Below the pieces are notes generated by a model. That model was not told the origin of the DNA and searched no databases. It saw only the letters and a program-made list of their open reading frames with translations. Below are positions 14,515 to 26,500 of a DNA stretch of 35,414 nucleotides, one piece after another; the first letter of the stretch is position 1, and each line of letters begins with the position of its first letter. The DNA comes from Nemertoderma westbladi. Its lineage: Eukaryota; Animalia; Xenacoelomorpha. Position numbers and translations under genes: made by a program. The DNA lies in NCBI GenBank assembly GCA_032718475.1, contig JAUCBJ010003533.1, positions 1 through 35,414 of the forward strand, in the 5' to 3' direction.

Positions 14515-17500
14515 CTGTTATAACAACAATTAACGAGTTAATAACATTTCGTTACTTAATTGTTAATCAATCTGCTAATTAGTTGTAAATAATTAGGATA
14601 ATTTATTATGCTTCTATAAAACATTAATGCACCGAACGGAAGGCTCAGTTGGTTGAGCGCTGGGCCTGCAATCTATGGTTGTAGGTTCGATCCCTGCCAG
14701 GATCCACTCAACTCAGCGTTCACAATCATCAGAAACTAGGTACCCTCTTTCTTAAAAATGAATTTGTTTATAAAATAAGTTTAATTCTCAATCTGTTAGA
14801 CCGCAGAGCGAGATGAATAACTAACCGTTTGCCATTCTCTATGGCAATATCCAAACAGTTTCGATTGTTGTCATCAACTTGTGAGACTTTAGCATCCCAG
14901 CGGATAAGCAGTTTAACTACATCAACATGTCCATAGCGGGCTGCCAGATGCAGCGGTGTGGTCTAAAATGACAAGAGATAAAAAAAAACTTGTTCATCCT
15001 TGTACCGTTGTTAGTTCAACCTACATAATGACGTCAAGGGATTATTTGATTCCTACCTTGGATTTATCCATTGGGTCTACTGGAGAGTCGTTTTCCAGTA
15101 GAAGATCGCAGGTTTTCTCCCAACCAGCTGCAGCAGCGCAATCTAACGGTGTCCATAGCGACACGTTACGCGCGTTAATATCCGCCCCCGCATCTAATAA
15201 CTCGAGACAAACCTAAAAGTAACGGAATACACATTGAGTCAGGGTTGCGAATATAAAGGGAACAATGTTTTGGCTTTATTCGTTGAGATTTTGTTTTGTT
15301 TCCTAAGTAAGATTTTTTCAATATATCATTTTACTTGTTGTATATAATTAATTACCAATTTTTCCAATTGGTGCTTTACTGTTATTCTGTTACTGATTAT
15401 CGGTTATTGTTTTGGTTAGAATAACGTGCCTCTAACCAGGTCTTTTCCCTTAATCTTCCTATTCGGACCTTCTTCATGGAACAATTTTATCCACCTCTTA
15501 AATATACATTGGGGTGTTAAACTAGAGTTCCGTTTAGCTCCGTGTTTAAATACTTATTGAATGACGTTGCGGCGAGCAAGGTCAATAAGGAAGGACGAAG
15601 GAAGAGCGAGTTTTACAGATACAAACCTTTTTGTGACCGGCTATGGCCGCCACATGTAGCGAGTTTTACAGATACAAACCTTTTTGTGACCGGCTATGGC
15701 CGCCACATGTAGCGAGTTATACAGATACAAACCTTTTTGTGACCGGCTATGGCCGCCACATGTAGCGAGTTATACAGATACAAACCTTTTTGTGACCGGC
15801 TATGGCCGCCACATGTAGCGAGTTTTACAGATACAAACCTTTTTTACACCGGCTATGGCCGCCACATGTAGCGAGTTTTACAGATACAAACCTTTTTGTG
15901 ACCGGCTATGGCCGCCACATGTAGCGAGTTATACAGATACAAACCTTTTTGAGACCGGCTATGGCCGCCACATGTAGCGAGTTTTACAGATACAAACCTT
16001 TTTGTGACCGGCTATGGCCGCCACATGTAGCGAGTTATACAGATACAAACCTTTTTGTGACCGGCTATGGCCGCCAGATGTAGCGAGTTATACAGATACA
16101 AACCTTTTTGTGACCGGCTATGACCGCCAGATGTAGCGAGTTATACAGATACAAACCTTTTTGTGACCGGCTATGGCCGCCACATGTAGCGAGTTTTACA
16201 GATACAAACCTTTTTGTGACCGGCTATGGCCGCCACATGTAGCGAGTTATACAGATACAAACCTTTTTGTGACCGGCTATGGCCGCCACATGTAGCGAGT
16301 TATACAGATACAAACCTTTTTGTGACCGGGTATGACCGCCAGATGTAGCGAGTTATACAGATACAAACCTTTTTGAGACCGGCTATGGCCGCCACATGTA
16401 GCGAGTTTTACAGATACAAACCTTTTTGTGACCGGCTATGGCCGCCACATGTAGCGAGTTATACAGATACAAACCTTTTTGTGACCGGCTATGACCGCCA
16501 CATGTAGCGAGTTATACAGATACAAACCTTTTTGTGACCGGCTATGGCCGCCACATGTAGCGAGTTATACAGATACAAACCTTTTTGTGACCGGCTATGA
16601 CCGCCAGATGTAGCGAGTTATACAGATACAAACCTTTTTGAGACCGGCTATGGCCGCCACATGTAGCGAGTTATACAGATACAAACCTTTTTGAGACCGG
16701 CTATGGCCGCCACATGTAGCGAGTTTTACAGATACAAACCTTTTTGTGACCGGCTATGGCCGCCACATGTAGCGAGTTATACAGATACAAACCTTTTTGT
16801 GACCGGCTATGACCGCCACATGTAGCGAGTTTTACAGATACAAACCTTTTTGTGACCGGCTATGGCCGCCACATGTAGCGAGTTTTACAGATACAAACCT
16901 TTTTGTGACCGGCTATGGCCGCCACATGTAGCGAGTTATACAGATACAAACCTTTTTGTGACCGGCTATGGCCGCCACATGTAGCGAGTTATACAGATAC
17001 AAACCTTTTTGTGACCGGCTATGGCCGACCCATGTAGCGAGTTATACAGATACAAACCTTTTTGTGACCGGCTATGGCCGCCACATGTAGCGAGTTATAC
17101 AGATACAAACCTTTTTGTGACCGGCTATGGCCGCCCCATGTAGCGAGTTATACAGATACAAACCTTTTTGTGACCGGCTATTGCCGCCACATGTAGCGAG
17201 TTATACAGATACAAACCTTTTTGTGACCGGCTATGGCCGCCACATGTAGCGAGTTATACAGATACAAACCTTTTTGTGACCGGCTATGGCCGCCACATGT
17301 AGCGAGTTTTACAGATACAAACCTTTTTGTGACCGGCTATGGCCGCCACATGTAGCGAGTTATACAGATACAAACCTTTTTGTGACCGGCTATGGCCGCC
17401 CCATGTAGCGAGTTATACAGATACAAACCTTTTTGTGACCGGCTATGGCCGCCACATGTAGCGAGTTATACAGATACAAACCTTTTTGTGACCGGCTATG

Positions 17501-20500
17501 GCCGCCCCATGTAGCGAGTTATACAGATACAAACCTTTTTGTGACCGGCATGGCCGCCACATGTAGCGAGTTTTACAGATACAAACCTTTTTGTGACCGG
17601 CTATGGCCGCCACATGTAGCGAGTTATACAGATACAAACCTTTTTGTGACCGGCTATGGCCGCCACATGTATAGCGAGTTATACAGATACAAACCTTTTT
17701 GTGACCGGCTATGGCCGCCACATGTAGCGAGTTTTACAGATACAAACCTTTTTGTGACCGGCTATGGCCGCCACATGTAGCGAGTTATACAGATACAAAC
17801 CTTTTTGTGACCGGCTATGGCCGCCACATGTATAGCGAGTTATACAGATACAAACCTTTTTGTGACCGGCTATGGCCGCCCCATGTAGCGAGTTATACAG
17901 ATACAAACCTTTTTGTGACCGGCTATGGCCGCCACATGTAGCGAGTTTTACAGATACAAACCTTTTTGTGACCGGCTATGGCCGCCCCATGTAGCGAGTT
18001 ATACAGATACAAACCTTTTTGTGACCGGCTATGGCCGCCACATGTAGCGAGTTATACAGATACAAACCTTTTAGTGACCAGCTATGGCCGCCACATGTAG
18101 CGAGTATACAGATACAAACCTTTTTGTAACCGGCTATGGTCGCCACATGTAGCGAGTTATACAGATACAAACCTTTTTGTGACCGGCTATGGCCGCCACA
18201 TGTAGCGAGTTATACAGATACAAATCTTTTTGTGACCGGCTATGGCCGCCACATGTAGCGAGTTATACAGATACAAACCTTTTTGTGATCGGCTATGGCC
18301 GCCACATGTAGCGAGTTATACAGATACAAACCTTTTTGAGACCGGCTATGGCCGCCACATGTAGCGAGTTATAATACAAACCTTTTTGTGACCGGCTATG
18401 GCCGCCACATGTAGCGAGTTATACAGATACAAACCTTTTTGTGATCGGCTATGGCCGCCACATGTAGCGAGTTATAATACAAACCTTTTTGTGACCGGCT
18501 ATGGCCGCCACATGTAGCGAGTTATAATACAAACCTTTTTGTGACCGGCTATGGCCGCCACATGTAGCGAGTTATAATACAAACCTTTTTGTGACCGGCT
18601 ATGGCCGCCACATGTAGCGAGTTATATAGATACAAACCTTTTTGTGATCGGCTATGGCCGCCCCATGTAGCGAGTTATACAGATACAAACCTTTTTGTGA
18701 CCGGCTATGGCCGCCACATGTAGCGAGTTATAATACAAACCTTTTTGTGATCGGCTATGGCCGCCCCATGTAGCGAGTTATACAGATACAAACCTTTTTG
18801 TGACCGGCTATGGCCGCCACATGTAGCGAGTTATAATACAAACCTTTTTGTGACCGGCTATGGCCGCCACATGTAGCGAGTTATACAGATACAAACCTTT
18901 TTGTGATCGGCTATGGCCGCCACATGTAGCGAGTTATAATACAAACCTTTTTGTGACCGGCTATGGCCGCCACATGTAGCGAGTTATACAGATACAAATC
19001 TTTTTGTGACCGGCTATGGCCGCCACATGTAGCGAGTTATACAGATACAAACCTTTTTGTGACCGGCTATGGCCGCCACATGTAGCGAGTTATAATACAA
19101 ACCTTTTTGTGATCGGCTATGGCCGCCACATGTAGCGAGTTAAACAGATACAAACCTTTTTGTGATCGGCTATGGCCGCCACATGTAGCGAGTTATACAG
19201 ATACAAACTTTTTTGTGACCGGCTATGGCCGCCACATGTAGCGAGTTATACAGATACAAACCTTTTTGTGACCGGCTATGGCCGCCACATGTAGCGAGTT
19301 ATACAGATACAAATCTTTTTGTGACCGGCTATGGCCGCCACATGTAGCGAGTTATAATACAAACCTTTTTGTGATCGGCTATGGCCGCCACATGTAGCGA
19401 GTTATACAGATACAAATCTTTTTGTGACCGGCTATGGCCGCCACATGTAGCGAGTTATACAGATACAAACCTTTTTGTGACCGGCTATGGCCGCCCCATG
19501 TAGCGAGTTATACAGATACAAACCTTTTTGTGACCGGCTATGGCCGCCACATGTAGCGAGTTATAATACAAACCTTTTTGTGATCGGCTATGGCCGCCAC
19601 ATGTAGCGAGTTATACAGATACAAACCTTTTTGTGACCGGCTATGGCCGCCACATGTAGCGAGTTATACAGATACAAATCTTTTTGTGACCGGCTATGGC
19701 CGCCACATGTAGCGAGTTATAATACAAACCTTTTTGTGATCGGCTATGGCCGCCACATGTAGCGAGTTATATAGATACAAACCTTTTTGTGACCGGCTAT
19801 GGCCGCCACATGTAGCGAGTTTTACAGATACAAACCTTTTTGTGACCGGCTATGGCCGCCACTTGTAGCGAGTTATACAGATACAAACCTTTTTGTGACC
19901 GGCTATGGCCGCCACATGTAGCGAGTTATACAGATACAAACCTTTTTGTGACCGGCTATGGCCGCCACATGTAGCGAGTTATAATACAAACCTTTTTGTG
20001 ATCGGCTATGGCCGCCACATGTAGCGAGTTATACAGATACAAATCTTTTTGTGACCGGCTATGGCCGCCACATGTAGCGAGTTATACAGATACAAACCTT
20101 TTTGTGACCGGCTATGGCCGCCCCATGTAGCGAGTTATACAGATACAAACCTTTTTGTGACCGGCTATGGCCGCCACATGTAGCGAGTTATAATACAAAC
20201 CTTTTTGTGATCGGCTATGGCCGCCACATGTAGCGAGTTATACAGATACAAACCTTTTTGTGACCGGCTATGGCCGCCACATGTAGCGAGTTATAATACA
20301 AACCTTTTTGTGATCGGCTATGGCCGCCACATGTAGCGAGTTATACAGATACAAATCTTTTTGTGACCGGCTATGGCCGCCACATGTAGCGAGTTATACA
20401 GATACAAACCTTTTTGTGACCGGCTATGGCCGCCCCATGTAGCGAGTTATACAGATACAAACCTTTTTGTGACCGGCTATGGCCGCCACATGTAGCGAGT

Positions 20501-23500
20501 TATAATACAAACCTTTTTGTGATCGGCTATGGCCGCCACATGTAGCGAGTTATACAGATACAAACCTTTTTGTGACCGGCTATGGCCGCCACATGTAGCG
20601 AGTTATACAGATACAAATCTTTTTGTGACCGGCTATGGCCGCCACATGTAGCGAGTTATAATACAAACCTTTTTGTGATCGGCTATGGCCGCCACATGTA
20701 GCGAGTTATATAGATACAAACCTTTTTGTGACCGGCTATGGCCGCCACATGTAGCGAGTTTTACAGATACAAACCTTTTTGTGACCGGCTATGGCCGCCA
20801 CTTGTAGCGAGTTATACAGATACAAACCTTTTTGTGACCGGCTATGGCCGCCACATGTAGAGAGTTATACAGATACAAACCTTTTTGTGATCGGCTATGG
20901 TCGCCACATGTAGCGAGTTATACAGATACAAACCTTTTTGTGACCGGCTATGGCCGCCACATGTAGCGAGTTATACAGATACAAACCTTTTTGTGACCGG
21001 CTATGGCCGCCACTTGTAGCGAGTTATACAGATACAAACCTTTTTGTGACCGGCTATGGCCGCCACATGTAGCGAGTTATACAGATACAAACCTTTTTGT
21101 GACCGGCTATGGCCGCCACATGTAGCGAGTTATACAGATACAAACCTTTTTGTGACCGGCTATGGCCGCCACATGTAGCGAGTTATAATACAAACCTTTT
21201 TGTGATCGGCTATGGCCGCCACATGTAGCGAGTTATACAGATACAAACCTTTTTGTGACCGGCTATGGCCGCCACATGTAGCGAGTTATACAGATACAAA
21301 CCTTTTTGTGACCGGCTGTGGCCGCCACATGTAGCGAGTTATAATACAAACCTTTTTGTAACCGGCTATGGCCGCCACATGTAGCGAGTTATACAGATAC
21401 AAACCTTTTTGTGACCAGCTATGGCCGCCACATGTAGCGAGTTTTACAGATACAAACCTTTTTGTGACCGGCTATGGCCGCCACATGTAGCGAGTTATAC
21501 AGATACAAACCTTTTTGTGATCGGCTATGGCCGCCACATGTAGCGAGTTATACAGATACAAACCTTTTTGTGACCGGCTATGGCCGCCACATGTAGCGAG
21601 TTATACAGATACAAACCTTTTTGTGACCGGCTATGGCCGCCACATGTAGCGAGTTATACAGATACAAACCTTTTTGTGATCGGCTATGGCCGCCACATGT
21701 AGCGAGTTATACAGATACAAACCTTTTTGTGACCGGCTATGGCCGCCACATGTAGCGAGTTATACAGATACAAACCTTTTTGTGACCGGCTATGGTCGCC
21801 ACATGTAGCGAGTTATACAGATACAAACCTTTTTGTGACCGGCTATGGCCGCCACTTGTAGCGAGTTATACAGATACAAACCTTTTTGTGACCGGCTATG
21901 GCCGCCACATGTAGCGAGTTATACAGATACAAACCTTTTTGTGACCGGCTATGGCCGCCACATGTAGCGAGTTTTACAGATACAAACCTTTTTGTGACCG
22001 GCTATGGCCGCCACATGTAGCGAGTTATACAGATACAAACCTTTTTGTGACCGGCTATGGCCGCCACTTGTAGCGAGTTATACAGATACAAACCTTTTTG
22101 TGACCGGCTATGGCCGCCCCATGTAGCGAGTTATACAGATACAAACCTTTTTGTGACCGGCTATGGCCGCCCCATGTAGCGAGTTATACAGATACAAACC
22201 TTTTTGTGACCGGCTATGGCCGCCACATGTAGCGAGTTATACAGATACAAACCTTTTTGTGACCGGCTATGGCCGCCACATGTAGCGAGTTTTACAGATA
22301 CAAACCTTTTTGTGACCGGCTATGGCCGCCACATGTAGCGAGTTATACAGATACAAACCTTTTTGTGACCGGCTATGGCCGCCCCATGTAGCGAGTTATA
22401 CAGATACAAACCTTTTTGTGACCGGCTATGGCCGCCACATGTAGCGAGTTATACAGATACAAACCTTTTTGTGACCGGCTATGGCCGCCCCATGTAGCGA
22501 GTTATACAGATACAAACCTTTTTGTGACCGGCATGGCCGCCACATGTAGCGAGTTTTACAGATACAAACCTTTTTGTGACCGGCTATGGCCGCCACATGT
22601 AGCGAGTTATACAGATACAAACCTTTTTGTGACCGGCATGGCCGCCACATGTAGCGAGTTTTACAGATACAAACCTTTTTGTGACCGGCTATGGCCGCCA
22701 CATGTAGCGAGTTATACAGATACAAACCTTTTTGTGACCGGCTATGGCCGCCACATGTATAGCGAGTTATACAGATACAAACCTTTTTGTGACCGGCTAT
22801 GGCCGCCACATGTAGCGAGTTTTACAGATACAAACCTTTTTGTGACCGGCTATGGCCGCCACATGTAGAGCCGTATTGGAATTCTCATCTTCGTCAGTAA
22901 TTATAGTTTTATCGTGTTTTATGAGTTCTTTAACAGCTCTAAAAATAAATACAATTAGAGATTGGGTGTCCTCAGCAGTTAGAGTGCAGTCTGTGCCACC
23001 CTGGAGGACTCCCATATTACTAAGAATGGATCTGTGCCACCCTGGAGGACTCCCATATTACTAAGAATGGATCTGTGCCACCCTGGACGACTCCCATATT
23101 ACTAAGAATGGATCTGTGCCACCCTGGAGGACTCCCATATTACTAAGAATGGATCTGTGCCACCCTGGAGGACTCCCATATTACCAAGAATGGATCTGTG
23201 CCACCCTGGAGGACTCCCATATTACTAAGAATGGATCTGTGCCACCCTGGAGGACTCCCATATTACTAAGAATGGATCTGTGCCACCCTGGACGACTCCC
23301 ATATTACTAAGAATGGATCTGTGCCACCCTGGAGGACTCCCATATTACTAAGAATGGATCTGTGCCACCCTGGAGGACTCCCATATTACTAAGAATGGAT
23401 CTGTGCCACCCTAGAGGACTCCCATATTACTAAGAATGGATCTGTGCCACCCTAGAGGACTCACATATTACTAAGAATGGATCTGTGCCACCCTGGAGGA

Positions 23501-26500
23501 CTCCCATATTATTAAGAATGGATCTGTGCCACCCTAGAGGACTCCCATATTACTAAGAATGGATCTGCGCCACCCTGGAGGACTCCCATTACTAAGAATG
23601 GATCTGTGCCACCCTAGAGGACTCACATATTACTAAGAATGGATCTGTGCCACCCTGGAGGACTCCCATATTATTAAGAATGGATCTGCGCCACCCTAGA
23701 GGACTCACATATTACTAAGAATGGATCTGTGCCACCCTGGAGGACTCCCATATTACTAAGAATGGATCTGTGCCACCCTGGAGGACTCCCATTACTAAGA
23801 ATGGATCTGCGCCACCCTAGAGGACTCACATATTACTAAGAATGGATCTGTGCCACCCTGGAGGACTCCCATATTATTAAGAATGGATCTGTGCCACCCT
23901 AGAGGACTCACATATTATTAAGAATGGATCTGTGCCACCCTGGAGGACTCCCATATTATTAAGAATGGATCTGCGCCACCCTAGAGGACTCACATATTAC
24001 TAAGAATGGATCTGTGCCACCCTGGAGGACTCCCATATTATTAAGAATGGATCTGTGCCACCCTGGAGGACTCCCATTACTAAGAATGGATCTGTGCCAC
24101 CCTAGAGGACTCACATATTACTAAGAATGGATCTGTGCCACCCTGGAGGACTCCCATATTATTAAGAATGGATCTGTGCCACCCTAGAGGACTCCCATAT
24201 TACTAAGAATGGATCTGCGCCACCCTGGAGGACTCACATATTACTAAGAATGGATCTGTGCCACCCTGGAGGACTCCCATATTACTAAGAATGGATCTGT
24301 GCCACCCTAGAGGACTCCCATATTACTAAGAATGGATCTGCGCCACCCTGGAGGACTCCCATTACTAAGAATGGATCTGTGCCACCCTAGAGGACTCACA
24401 TATTACTAAGAATGGATCTGTGCCACCCTGGAGGACTCCCATATTACTAAGAATGGATCTGTGCCACCCTAGAGGACTCCCATATTACTAAGAATGGATC
24501 TGCGCCACCCTGGAGGACTCCCATTACTAAGAATGGATCTGTGCCACCCTAGAGGACTCACATATTACTAAGAATGGATCTGTGCCACCCTGGAGGACTC
24601 CCATATTATTAAGAATGGATCTGTGCCACCCTGGAGGACTCCCATATTATTAAGAATGGATCTGTGCCACCCTAGAGGACTCACATATTACTAAGAATGG
24701 ATCTGTGCCACCCTGGAGGACTCCCATATTATTAAGAATGGATCTGTGCCACCCTGGAGGACTCCCATATTATTAAGAATGGATCTGCGCCACCCTAGAG
24801 GACTCACATATTACTAAGAATGGATCTGTGCCACCCTGGAGGACTCCCATATTATTAAGAATGGATCTGTGCCACCCTAGAGGACTCACATATTACTAAG
24901 AATGGATCTGTGCCACCCTAGAGGACTCACATATTACTAAGAATGGATCTGTGCCACCCTGGAGGACTCCCATATTATTAAGAATGGATCTGCGCCACCC
25001 TAGAGGACTCACATATTACTAAGAATGGATCTGTGCCACCCTGGAGAACTCCCATATTATTAAGAATGGATCTGTGCCACCCTAGAGGACTCACATATTA
25101 CTAAGAATGGATCTGTGCCACCCTGGAGGACTCCCATATTATTAAGAATGGATCTGCGCCACCCTGGAGGACTCCCATTACTAAGAATGGATCTGTGCCA
25201 CCCTAGAGGACTCACATATTACTAAGAATGGATCTGTGCCACCCTGGAGGACTCCCATATTATTAAGAATGGATCTGTGCCACCCTGGAGGACTCCCATA
25301 TTACTAAGAATGGATCTGTGCCACCCTAGAGGACTCCCATATTACTAAGAATGGATCTGTGCCACCCTGGAGGGCTCACATATTAATAAGAATGGATCTG
25401 TGCCACCCTGGAGGACTCCCATATTACTAAGAATGGATCTGTGCCACCCTGGAGGACTCCCATATTATTAAGAATGGATCTGTGCCACCCTGGAGGACTC
25501 CCATATTACTAAGAATGGATCTGCGCCACCCTGGAGGACTCCCATTACTAAGAATGGATCTGTGCCACCCTAGAGGACTCCCATATTACTAAGAATGGAT
25601 CTGTGCCACCCTGGAGGACTCCCATATTATTAAGAATGGATCTGCGCCACCCTGGAGGACTCCCATATTACTAAGAATGGATCTGTGCCACCCTAGAGGA
25701 CTCCCATATTACTAAGAATGGATCTGTGCCACCCTAGAGGACTCACATATTACTAAGAATGGATCTGTGCCACCCTAGAGGACTCCCATATTACTAAGAA
25801 TGGATCTGTGCCACCCTAGAGGACTCCCATATTACTAAGAATGGATCTGTGCCACCCTAGAGGACTCACATATTACTAAGAATGGATCTGTGCCATCCTG
25901 GAGGACTCCCATATTATTAAGAATGGATCTGTGCCACCCTAGAGGACTCCCATATTACTAAGAATGGATCTGTGCCACCCTAGAGGACTCCCATATTACT
26001 AAGAATGGATCTGTGCCACCCTAGAGGACTCCCATATTACTAAGAATGGATCTGTGCCACCCTAGAGGACTCACATATTACTAAGAATGGATCTGTGCCA
26101 CCCTGGAGGACTCCCATATTATTAAGAATGGATCTGTGCCACCCTGGAGGACTCCCATATTACTAAGAATGGATCTGCGCCACCCTGGAGGACTCCCATT
26201 ACTAAGAATGGATCTGCGCCACCCTGGAGGACTCCCATTACTAAGAATGGATCTGCGCCAGCCTGGAGGACTCCCATTACTAAGAATGGATCTGTGCCAC
26301 CCTAGAGGACTCCCATATTACTAAGAATGGATCTGTGCCACCCTAGAGGACTCCCATATTACCAAGAATGGATCTGTGCCACCCTAGAGGACTCACATAT
26401 TACTAAGAATGGATCTGTGCCACCCTGGAGGACTCCCATATTATTAAGAATGGATCTGTGCCACCCTGGAGGACTCCCATATTACTAAGAATGGAACTGT

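Noticed and set aside
14632-14706. Functional tRNA-Ala or tRNA-Cys gene
   Set aside because: The acceptor and anticodon stems pair poorly and no poly-T terminator follows directly. It was kept as a SINE or pseudogene.
14956-15216. Plus-strand 86-aa ORF (likewise 22852..23064, 27371..27562, 27988..28194 and 33119..33301)
   Set aside because: Antisense or alternate-frame shadows of real exons or the AKR gene, or short AT-rich ORFs without motifs.
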